From a virus (Duplodnaviria; Heunggongvirae; Uroviricota; Caudoviricetes): a DNA stretch of 64,000 nt. A program made the translations under genes and the position numbers. Under the pieces are notes generated by a model. That model ran no database searches. It was not told where the DNA came from and worked only from the letters and a program-made list of their open reading frames with translations. The stretch lies in IMG/VR virus record IMGVR_UViG_3300042906_000857, positions 67,297 to 131,296 of that record. One strand, given 5' to 3'. This document shows positions 27,439 to 34,845 of the stretch, piece after piece (within the stretch, counting starts at the first letter, position 1; each line of letters starts with the position of its first letter).

Positions 27439-27530
27439 TGGTACCAGCGTAGGGATTCGAACCCTATCAAGAACGCTAATCTGGCGCTAAAAGGCTTATA
27501 AGACCTCTCTGACTACCCAGTCTCGCTGGC
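27439..27530 (-). tRNA. Non-canonical tRNA, anticodon TAT (Ile), long variable arm, minimal D-loop
   Basis: CT-TAT-AA loop, GGTTCGAATCC T-arm, GCCAGCG/CGCTGGT-A-CCA. Confidence 0.7.
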
Positions 27531-27535
27531 ATATT

Positions 27536-27624
27536 TGGCGGAGAGTGTGGGAATCGAACCCACTCACCATATCACTACGGCGACAGATTAGCAATCTGCT
27601 GCATTACCATCCTGCCCACTCTCC
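27536..27624 (-). tRNA. tRNA-Ser(GCT)
   Basis: TT-GCT-AA loop, long arm, G73. Confidence 0.92.
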
Positions 27625-27764
27625 AATTGTTCAATTCTATTTGCTGCTTCTTCTAATAAATCAGCAATTCTATCTGGTGCATTTTCTTGCACCGATTTTC
27701 TTGTAGTAATTTGCCTACGAATTTCAGCACGTTTTCTTAATCGATAAATTAAATCTTCTTTCAT
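27588..27764 (-). CDS. Small conserved phage protein (MKEDLIYRLRKRAEIRRQI...)
   Basis: AAGGA SD; C-terminus runs into tRNA-Ser(GCT). Confidence 0.6.
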   Translation of the reverse strand: MKEDLIYRLRKRAEIRRQITTRKSVQENAPDRIADLLEEAANRIEQLESGQDGNAADC

Positions 27765-27779
27765 AAGAATTCCTTTTAA

Positions 27780-27871
27780 TGGCGGAAGACGGAGGAGTCG
27801 AACCCCATCCAATTTCTCAGAACCTGGTTTTCAAGGCCAGTCGCAGGACCAACCCCGCTGCATCATCTTCC
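27780..27871 (-). tRNA. tRNA-Ser(TGA)
   Basis: CT-TGA-AA loop, long arm, G73. Confidence 0.9.
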
Positions 27872-27940
27872 ATATAGAAACACACTAGCATGAACCTGTT
27901 GTCAATTATCCCTGCGGGGAACTAATATGTTTTTATATGG
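27870..27940 (-). ncRNA. Class I closed-stem RNA cassette e
   Basis: CCATATAAAAACATATTAG...CTAGTGTGTTTCTATATGG. Confidence 0.6.
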
Positions 27941-28011
27941 CACCCGGAGTAAGAATCGAACTTACAATAGCAGAGTCAAAGTCTGTTGTGTTGCCACTAC
28001 ACTATCCGGGA
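27938..28011 (-). tRNA. tRNA-Gln(TTG)
   Basis: CT-TTG-AC loop, G73. Confidence 0.9.
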
Positions 28012-28028
28012 GTATTTTACTCTACAAA

Positions 28029-28100
28029 TTTTTAAAGAACAGTGTGTATTATATACCAAATTCGATGACTTGGCAATACGTGTGTTGTTTTTATGCAACA
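28029..28100 (-). promoter_or_regulatory. Promoter TTGCCA-17-TATAAT with TGTTG-N8-CAACA box and boxA-like motif
   Basis: Box 28083-28100, -35 28076-28071, -10 28053-28048; 28019-28061 is identical to 26879-26921 (43 bp). Confidence 0.8.
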
Positions 28101-28102
28101 CC

Positions 28103-28137
28103 AAACAAAAAACCCTTAGAGGTTGAATTCTAAGGGT
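28103..28137 (-). terminator. Intrinsic terminator of the putative attenuator
   Basis: ACCCTTAGA-loop-TCTAAGGGT followed by TTTTTGTTT. Confidence 0.85.
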
Positions 28138-28173
28138 CTTGTGTTTGGAATCTTTTCTAAGAACTTTTTATCT

Positions 28174-28284
28174 TTAGTCCTCATTCTCTACACAAAACCC
28201 GGTCGGCCATGACGCATCGGCACAATTAATACTTGTGCGATACTCCGATTGGGACGTAAAGGGTTTATGGGATATGAGGGACAC
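28174..28284 (-). CDS. 36-aa leader peptide MSLISHKPFTSQSEYRTSINCADASWPTGFCVENED (contains all 20 amino acids)
   Basis: GTG start 28284-28282, TAA 28176-28174; lies between a promoter and a terminator. Confidence 0.7.
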   Translation of the reverse strand: MSLISHKPFTSQSEYRTSINCADASWPTGFCVENED

Positions 28285-28319
28285 TTTTTTTCTTTCGAGT
28301 TATATTTAACGATGTTTGT

Positions 28320-28348
28320 ATTATATAGTAAACTTTATACCTTGGCAA
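28320..28348 (-). promoter_or_regulatory. sigma70-type promoter for the leader/attenuator
   Basis: TTGCCA (28348-28343)-17-TATAAT (28325-28320). Confidence 0.8.
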
Positions 28349-28368
28349 GCGGTTTCACAAAAAATATT

Positions 28369-28881
28369 TTAATTTATTTTTTTCCACTTGATAGGTTTTG
28401 GTACCAAAGGTGCGGTCGGATTTTGAAATTCACTGAAAACTTCCCATAGATGTTCTGCTGTTACATACTTTGTAAGCAATCCAATCTCACGGCCGTAAGC
28501 ATCTATTTCCCATGGATGTGACCAGTATTCAACCTCATCGGAGTTTATTTTTTTACCACGCCATGTCGATAGTTGTTCATTGGTTTCACCCTCGATATAC
28601 TGTTTGATGTGAACCATCTCATGTGCTAACGTGGCCAAGATACCTCTGGCACCTAGACCTGGATGAACCTCAATTAAGAATTCTCTTGGTTGTTTTCTGG
28701 AGTTGTAATCTTCTATGCTACAAAATCCATATTCGTTTATCTTACTGTCGAAACGTACAGTAGTGAAACAATTGTTACGTATTCTTGTATTGGTAATCAA
28801 TTCTTTGGCGTAGAACTGGATAGACCTCTCAACGAAAGGCTTGAATGATTCCTCGGGACAGTTTAGAATCTTCAAATTCAT
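28369..28881 (-). CDS. Zincin-like metallopeptidase (SprT-like HExxH)
   Basis: TLAHEMVHIKQY...PWEIDAY. Confidence 0.75.
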   Translation of the reverse strand: MNLKILNCPEESFKPFVERSIQFYAKELITNTRIRNNCFTTVRFDSKINEYGFCSIEDYNSRKQPREFLIEVHPGLGARGILATLAHEMVHIKQYIEGETNEQLSTWRGKKINSDEVEYWSHPWEIDAYGREIGLLTKYVTAEHLWEVFSEFQNPTAPLVPKPIKWKKIN

Positions 28882-28937
28882 GCGAACTCCAGTTTATTTT
28901 TTAACCGATAATACTCACTCCTTAGCTATTTATGGAC

Positions 28938-29366
28938 TTACATCTTTTCCACTTTGATACCAGATTTCTCAAGGAAGTTTAATCCTGCCATGTCCCTATA
29001 ACTATTCCGATAGTATACAGAAGATATACCGCTTTGGTATATAAGTTTGGCACAGTCAAGACAAGGAGCGTGAGTAATAAATATATTAGCATCAAGACCG
29101 CTTTCGCTTGATTTGGCCAGCTTCGCAATTGCATTAGTTTCAGCATGAAGAACCTCAGGTTTAGTTTTCAACGTTACGGTATCATCGCTGTGTTGAATAG
29201 TATCTTCACAGTTATTATCCCATCCAGACGGCATTCCGTTATATCCAATTGATATAATTCTGTCATCCTTAACAACAATTGCACCAACGTGTAACCTTTT
29301 GGCAGAGGACAATTCAGCAAAGGTTTCTGCAACCTTCATAAAAGTATCAAGAAATTTCTGTTTCAT
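28938..29366 (-). CDS. cd: dCMP deaminase
   Basis: LHAETNAI, THAPCLDC, IGYNG. Confidence 0.92.
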   Translation of the reverse strand: MKQKFLDTFMKVAETFAELSSAKRLHVGAIVVKDDRIISIGYNGMPSGWDNNCEDTIQHSDDTVTLKTKPEVLHAETNAIAKLAKSSESGLDANIFITHAPCLDCAKLIYQSGISSVYYRNSYRDMAGLNFLEKSGIKVEKM

Positions 29367-29379
29367 TTTGTTTTATAAA

Positions 29380-29454
29380 TGGTGGGCCGACTTGGAATTG
29401 AACCAAGACTCCGCCGATTATGAGTCGGAAGCTTTACCATTAAGCTATCGGCCC
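29380..29454 (-). tRNA. tRNA with CAT anticodon, Ile2 (lysidine)-like
   Basis: CCGA-CTCATAA-TCGG, GGGCCGA acceptor. Confidence 0.8.
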
Positions 29455-29460
29455 CCTTGT

Positions 29461-29670
29461 TTATTTAATGTATTCTAAACCGTCTTTACGCATCCAGTGT
29501 AACTGTTGTGTCAATTCATTGGATGGAAAAAACTTAGACACACCAATGAACTCCACACCTTCAATTTCTTTTGAAGGCCAGTGTTTGAATGTATAGTAAA
29601 CGTCCAGTGTAGATTTTACCCGCACTTTTATTGGACTTGGTGTTTTGATGTTTCGGTTTTCCAATTTCAT
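29461..29670 (-). CDS. Small hypothetical protein
   Basis: 69 aa downstream of a sigma70 promoter. Confidence 0.55.
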   Translation of the reverse strand: MKLENRNIKTPSPIKVRVKSTLDVYYTFKHWPSKEIEGVEFIGVSKFFPSNELTQQLHWMRKDGLEYIK

Positions 29671-29679
29671 AATGATCCT

Positions 29680-29718
29680 ATTATAGTCGAAAAAAAGGGC
29701 TCTGTCAAGAGCCCCTTT
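29680..29718 (-). terminator. Intrinsic terminator overlapping a TTGACA-17-TATAAT promoter
   Basis: GGGGCTC-TTGACA-GAGCCC-T7; -10 at 29685-29680. Confidence 0.7.
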
Positions 29719-29724
29719 AAATTA

Positions 29725-29790
29725 TTACCGAAACTTGTCCGGATAATTTAATCGTTCCCATTCATCATCGGATACTGGCCACCAGTTCAT
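29725..29790 (-). CDS. 21-aa micro-ORF MNWWPVSDDEWERLNYPDKFR
   Basis: ATG overlaps the previous stop (ATGA); ends just before the terminator. Confidence 0.45.
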   Translation of the reverse strand: MNWWPVSDDEWERLNYPDKFR

Positions 29791-29957
29791 GTTGGCCATC
29801 CATGTAAACGTTGTAGGTTTATTTGTTCAAACCTGCGTTGAAGATAGTCAATGTCTTCCACAGTCTTAGGATTGTTAGAAACAATGTATGCTTCTAACGC
29901 TGATCCGTAAGTCTGTGGTTTACCAAAGTTCCGTAAGAACTTGGATAAGAATTTCAT
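29787..29957 (-). CDS. 56-aa small protein (MKFLSKFLRNFGKPQTYGSALEAYIVSNNP...)
   Basis: Not in ORF track; ATGA overlap with the hsp20 stop. Confidence 0.55.
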   Translation of the reverse strand: MKFLSKFLRNFGKPQTYGSALEAYIVSNNPKTVEDIDYLQRRFEQINLQRLHGWPT

Positions 29958-30409
29958 TTCTCATCCTTTTCTTTCACAACGATTTTCTTGATTGCATCTT
30001 GGCCTTTGACCATGTTTGCTAACCAAATCTTTAACATTCCATTGGTCATTTCAGCATTTTCAATTTCAATTTTGTCATTGAGTTTGAATTCACGGCTGAA
30101 ATTACGATTGGCGATACCTTTGAAGATAAAGTTTTTATCGTCTAGTTCTTCATCTTGAGTATTACCTTTCACAACCAATTTGTTACCTTCTAGTGTAACT
30201 TCAATATCAGATTTGCCGAAGCCAGCAACAGCGATTTCGATAACGAACTTGTTATCTTTGATCTGCTTGATATTGTATGGAGGGTAAGAAACGGTCTTGG
30301 CGACTGTCTTTGCCATGTCTTGTAGGTCTTTGAACATATCTTCATAACCTACTGCGAATGGATCAAACTTGTGGAAGTCGAATAAACCAGGTAGTTGTAG
30401 CTTTGTCAT
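29954..30409 (-). CDS. hsp20: Small heat-shock protein Hsp20
   Basis: YPPYNI, IEIAVAGF, KGIANRNFSREF, NGMLKI. Confidence 0.95.
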   Translation of the reverse strand: MTKLQLPGLFDFHKFDPFAVGYEDMFKDLQDMAKTVAKTVSYPPYNIKQIKDNKFVIEIAVAGFGKSDIEVTLEGNKLVVKGNTQDEELDDKNFIFKGIANRNFSREFKLNDKIEIENAEMTNGMLKIWLANMVKGQDAIKKIVVKEKDEK

Positions 30410-30565
30410 AATTGCTCCTTAATAAGCGAGTTTTTAAAATTGCAACCCCGAAGGCATTGCATAAAATCCAGGTTACCTTATCTGGTCCGAACTTTCGTGC
30501 CGGAGGTGTAATTACACGGACGCCTTTTACCGTAGCATCTAACGGCCCTAAGGTGGGCCTATTAT
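30410..30565 (-). ncRNA. Structured 5' leader of hsp20
   Basis: At least four hairpins between TATAAATA (30578-30571) and the AAGGAG SD. Confidence 0.5.
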
Positions 30566-30585
30566 ATCTTTATTTATATTGGGTG

Positions 30586-30993
30586 TCAACCGTTTTGTGG
30601 TTTTTTACCAATATTATATTTTGGTACCAATTGCCAGTCTGATTTTTCTTTATGTGAAATGATCTTCACTTGAGATAGAAAGATTGGTACTGGAACTTCA
30701 GTTTGTTTTTTGTCAACAATCTTAACTAAGCCCCAATCTTCCAACAGATTTACAATAGCATTTCTGCGTGATAGGTCATTCTCAGTTAAATCAGTTTCTT
30801 TACCATCAAGAGCAAATAACTCTTTGAAGTGAACTATGTAATATTTACCACGTTTGTGTAGAATATGGCAAGATTGATACAGTGTATTGTCCTTCTTGGA
30901 AGCAACACCGATACGTGTTAACGTTTCACGTACCTTCAAAAAATCATCACTTTCTTCTAATAATACCTCAACTAGATCCTTAATTTCAATCAT
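30586..30993 (-). CDS. regA: Translational repressor RegA
   Basis: DFLKVRETLTRIG, LYQSCHILHKRGKYYIVHFKELF. Confidence 0.97.
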   Translation of the reverse strand: MIEIKDLVEVLLEESDDFLKVRETLTRIGVASKKDNTLYQSCHILHKRGKYYIVHFKELFALDGKETDLTENDLSRRNAIVNLLEDWGLVKIVDKKQTEVPVPIFLSQVKIISHKEKSDWQLVPKYNIGKKPQNG

Positions 30994-31364
30994 TTCATTC
31001 CGCCTTTAATTGTTTTTATTTTTATTTCAGCGATTTGTTCATCTGTAAGAATACGTAGAGCATCTTTTGCTTTTTGGTTTGAATAACCAAAATAAGTCTT
31101 TACAGATTCAATATCAACATCTCTATTAGACTTCTGCCACGGTTGGTACGTCCGTTTCATAGGTCTGATATTATTTAGAAGATACTGGTATTGCATGTCA
31201 GGATCAAGTCCTGGCCACATATTCATTTCATTTGAATACAATACACAATCTACATGATAGGATAAAGAACGATTAATGAGGAATGGTTTATATTCTTTGA
31301 AGTTTAATTCATCAACGGGTTTCTTTTTGTGTAGTAATAAATCTACAAATTCGAATGGTGTCAT
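30990..31364 (-). CDS. gp62: Clamp loader small subunit
   Basis: YKPFLINRSLS, YFGYSNQKA; synteny. Confidence 0.9.
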   Translation of the reverse strand: MTPFEFVDLLLHKKKPVDELNFKEYKPFLINRSLSYHVDCVLYSNEMNMWPGLDPDMQYQYLLNNIRPMKRTYQPWQKSNRDVDIESVKTYFGYSNQKAKDALRILTDEQIAEIKIKTIKGGMK

Positions 31365-32293
31365 TTGAATTCACATTCCACCATGATTTCTGTAAGACAG
31401 GCAATGAGATTAATCTCGTGGTCTGCTACGAATGCTGCTTGGTATTGATACTTAGCAAGAATTAGAACCAATTGTGGAACTGAATTAGGTTTAAGAATCT
31501 CATACAATGCATCATAGATGTTTCTAAAGATACGTGTTTGGTCATTATCCAAGTTCATTGTAACCCATTTACGGCAGGCTGCAAAGTCTTTACCTTTTAA
31601 GGATTTAGTGAGTTCTTCCATTCGAATATCAGAAACAGATGCAAGGATGCCATGGTCAATACTTCCAGAGATTCCATAACGTTGCAATTCATTTAGAATA
31701 CGGCGATTGTCAGGAAAGTGTTTAGTGATAACCGCAGCAACAACATCTTTACTGTACGTGATGTTCTCTTGTGTTAGAATATATTCCACACGTTTGAAGA
31801 AAGCGGATGCCATCTTGGCTTTGCTGCCATTGGCCTTGAAATCAATTACTGTACAACGTGAATGAATCGGATCAATAATACGATTTTTAAAGTTACAAGT
31901 AAAAATGAAAGAACAATTCTCTGCATATTCTTCAATACCTGCACGTAAGATTGCCTGAGCGTTTGGTGTTAGATAGTCTGCCTCATCCAAGATGATGACC
32001 TTACGACCACCGGTGAGTGACATTGACGAAGCATAGTTCTTGATTTTGATACGAATTGTATCTACACCATTTTCATCCGAGCCATTGATGATAATGTAAT
32101 CACAACCAACCTGTTCACAAAGAGCTCGTGCAACAGTGGTCTTACCCACACCTGCGGAACCTGCAAACAATAGATTGGGAATCTTATTTTGGTTTACAAA
32201 TTCCTGGAAGGTATTTTTAAGACCTTCTGGTAGAATACAATCCTCAATAGTTTTAGGACGGTACTTCTCTACCCATAACATATGTTCTGACAT
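31361..32293 (-). CDS. gp44: Clamp loader AAA+ subunit
   Basis: WVEKYRP, GVGKT, LDEAD, SRC. Confidence 0.97.
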   Translation of the reverse strand: MSEHMLWVEKYRPKTIEDCILPEGLKNTFQEFVNQNKIPNLLFAGSAGVGKTTVARALCEQVGCDYIIINGSDENGVDTIRIKIKNYASSMSLTGGRKVIILDEADYLTPNAQAILRAGIEEYAENCSFIFTCNFKNRIIDPIHSRCTVIDFKANGSKAKMASAFFKRVEYILTQENITYSKDVVAAVITKHFPDNRRILNELQRYGISGSIDHGILASVSDIRMEELTKSLKGKDFAACRKWVTMNLDNDQTRIFRNIYDALYEILKPNSVPQLVLILAKYQYQAAFVADHEINLIACLTEIMVECEFK

Positions 32294-32348
32294 TCAAATT
32301 CTCCATAATATAATAAAATCAAACCGGTAGTGCGAAACCGGCGGTTCG

Positions 32349-32624
32349 TTATTTAATGTCGTTCATACTCTCAAACAAGGCTTCAAACTCTTTGGATTCT
32401 GCAACCTCAGTCTGGAATGAATTCTTAAACTGAGTCTTTGCCATACGTTTGATAATCTTTTTAGGAATTTTTAATTCTTCATTTGATACTTCAATAATGT
32501 CCTTGATAGCCTGATTGTTGGAATCATTGCGTTGCATATGCAATACAACTTCTTCAATATAACCTTTAAGTTGTTTTAATTGTACATCATCAAAAGAACC
32601 GAACAATGTATTAACTTTGGTCAT
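32349..32624 (-). CDS. T4 DsbA-like dsDNA-binding protein
   Basis: Start at MTKVNTLFG; ELKIPKKIIKRMAK...EFEALFE resembles the DsbA family pattern. Confidence 0.55.
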   Translation of the reverse strand: MTKVNTLFGSFDDVQLKQLKGYIEEVVLHMQRNDSNNQAIKDIIEVSNEELKIPKKIIKRMAKTQFKNSFQTEVAESKEFEALFESMNDIK

Positions 32625-32625
32625 A

Positions 32626-33306
32626 TTATACTCCGCTGAAAGAAAGGTCTGAATCTTTAGATTCGATTGCGATCCAATATTGAATATCTTCTTTTGTATT
32701 TTTGAAAGATGATAAACCTTTGCTGCACAATTGAACACTGTAAGAACCTGGAAGCATCTTAAAGTTTTCAGTTAAGAATACTGCTTTGAATTTCTTACCA
32801 TTGCCATCAGAAATTTCTGTGGAGTTTGTGTGTGAAGAATTGTCTTTAGGATCAAAAGATGTGATTGAAATCTTTTCACCATCAGATTCAATTGCAATGT
32901 TAGGTGATTGTAAAACACTTGCACTCTTTAGAATGGAACTCAAGTCATCCTCGGTCAAGGTAAACTCAACATCAACTGATGGTAGAGTCAACTCTTTTTC
33001 TGGAGGTGTAACAATCATGTTCTTGGCTGTCTTACGATATTTAATCTTGCTGTGTTTATTTTTAAAAATAACATTCAAGGAATCGAATTCTAACTCAACA
33101 TCCTTATTCAAGGAATGTACTGAAAGGAATTGGTTCAAATCATAGATACAGAAATCATCTGTAAACTCATCTTTAACGGACGCTTTTGCAAGAACCGTTT
33201 TAGTTGAAGAAATGGTTGTAAGGCTTTTACCTTTTTTAAACTCAATACCTGGATTGATGTTCGCAAAGTTTTTCAAGACCGCAAGGGTCTCATTAGTTAG
33301 TTTCAT
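32626..33306 (-). CDS. gp45: Sliding clamp
   Basis: MKLTNETLAVLKNFANIN, IYDLNQFL, YWIAIE. Confidence 0.96.
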   Translation of the reverse strand: MKLTNETLAVLKNFANINPGIEFKKGKSLTTISSTKTVLAKASVKDEFTDDFCIYDLNQFLSVHSLNKDVELEFDSLNVIFKNKHSKIKYRKTAKNMIVTPPEKELTLPSVDVEFTLTEDDLSSILKSASVLQSPNIAIESDGEKISITSFDPKDNSSHTNSTEISDGNGKKFKAVFLTENFKMLPGSYSVQLCSKGLSSFKNTKEDIQYWIAIESKDSDLSFSGV

Positions 33307-33964
33307 GATATACTCCGTTTAATTCACTCATTATACTCGAACCATAAGATTTGGCAAGGCATTTAATGAGGTTTGTTTTCAAGTCTTCCAGTGTTCCTAC
33401 GTTATCAATCTGGTGGTCAATAGTACCACCAAGCCAACGCCATTCAGATTCATGTACACCGGATTTTTGCAGCATAAACTGCTCAGCTTTATTATCACCG
33501 TTGTTAGCATAACCAGCAATATCGTACCAGTGAGGTGTAATACCACGTTGTACTTCAATTAAGATGCCATTGTTATTAGTAACAAAATCCATTTCATTTC
33601 TGAAACGAACATCTGTGATTACAAAGTTTTCATTAGGATTAGATGCAATGTATTTTTTGAGTTTTATAACCCAAAATTGTTTGTGGAATACATCACGTCC
33701 AACTTCTGTGCCCATTAGTTGTAAGGCCAACCTTGGAGTAAACTCTTTACCAAATTCTTTAGACCAGAATTCGTCAGGTTTTTCTCGCCACTGTCTTGAT
33801 TGTTCCGTATCACCTTCTAACAGATGACGAGGCCAATCAAACATTTCAGCGGCAACATCCTTAACACCTTTAGCAAAACTCAACGGAGTAAAGCCAAGTG
33901 TTTTAAGAATGTCGCCGGCTGTGCCTTTACCTGAACCAATGAATCCAAGTAAACCAACAATCAT
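33293..33964 (-). CDS. gp1: dNMP kinase
   Basis: GFIGSGKGT, TPRLALQLMGTE, DVRFRNE. Confidence 0.92.
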   Translation of the reverse strand: MIVGLLGFIGSGKGTAGDILKTLGFTPLSFAKGVKDVAAEMFDWPRHLLEGDTEQSRQWREKPDEFWSKEFGKEFTPRLALQLMGTEVGRDVFHKQFWVIKLKKYIASNPNENFVITDVRFRNEMDFVTNNNGILIEVQRGITPHWYDIAGYANNGDNKAEQFMLQKSGVHESEWRWLGGTIDHQIDNVGTLEDLKTNLIKCLAKSYGSSIMSELNGVYHETN

Positions 33965-34782
33965 TACATTTCTCCGACAAAATTTGCCACTGCTGGCATA
34001 TCACCCTTGAAGTGGTATGTACCGATGTGGTCTGTACGCATCCAAGGACACAACCAAATTGATCCACCCATTTTACGCCACAATTGACAGAACATATAAT
34101 CTTCTGATAAGTAACGGTCAGAACCACCACCTGTTGCAGAATCAACAGTGTCAATCAATGTATCAAAGTATGCATGAATGTAACGAGAACCATCGAAGTG
34201 TGCTTGTCCTACGTGGTCTGGTTTGTAACGTAACTGCGGATATGCAGCTGCGAATTTTGGAAACACATCACGGTTAACCAACATCAAACCTGTACCAATT
34301 TCTAGAACTTCTAGTGGTTCGGACACGCTGAATTTATCTGTGCCTTTAACTGGATTAAAAACATAATCACCAGTAACAGTTTCAAGTAAACCAACATCAA
34401 TGTCAGGATTCTTTTCAATGGCCTTTTTCACTGAACGCCATTTGATGGCTTTCTTAGGATAAGGTGCACCGATAACATCTTTGTCCATGGCAAGAAGTGC
34501 AATAATGTCTTGTGGATTAAAGTGAATGTCTGCATCGATAAACAAAAGATGTGTACATTCAGAACGGTTAATGAACTCATCAACCAGATAGTTTCTAGCA
34601 CGAGTAATTAAAGACTCGTTGAAAAGAAATGAGAATTTCACTTGTACACCATATTGCATACACAATGCTTGCAAATCAAGACATGCCTTAGCATATAGTC
34701 CGTGATTCATTCCACCATACATTGGTGTTGCAACGAAAATACTTTTCTTTTGAAGTTCCTCTTTTTTAATTGAAATTTCCAT
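33964..34782 (-). CDS. GT-A glycosyltransferase-like conserved phage protein
   Basis: THLLFIDAD, GTGLML, YLSEDYMFC. Confidence 0.65.
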   Translation of the reverse strand: MEISIKKEELQKKSIFVATPMYGGMNHGLYAKACLDLQALCMQYGVQVKFSFLFNESLITRARNYLVDEFINRSECTHLLFIDADIHFNPQDIIALLAMDKDVIGAPYPKKAIKWRSVKKAIEKNPDIDVGLLETVTGDYVFNPVKGTDKFSVSEPLEVLEIGTGLMLVNRDVFPKFAAAYPQLRYKPDHVGQAHFDGSRYIHAYFDTLIDTVDSATGGGSDRYLSEDYMFCQLWRKMGGSIWLCPWMRTDHIGTYHFKGDMPAVANFVGEM

Positions 34783-34796
34783 TATCTCTCCAAAAA

Positions 34797-34833
34797 TAAA
34801 AAAAAGGGGAGAACCACCGATGGTGGTCTCCCC
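34797..34833 (-). terminator. Intrinsic terminator
   Basis: GGGAGACCACC-ATC-GGTGGTTCTCCC followed by a U-tract. Confidence 0.8.
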
Positions 34834-34845
34834 AGCAATTACCGA

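Noticed and set aside
24309-28449. ORF-track calls over the tRNA region (24309+, 24878-, 25275+, 25469-, 26930+, 27927+, 28249+)
   Set aside because: They are shadow frames over tRNAs, ncRNAs, promoters or the real leader ORF, with no SD and no protein-like features.
30412-30642. Plus-strand 76-aa ORF upstream of hsp20
   Set aside because: It is antisense to the structured leader and the regA end; no coding signal.
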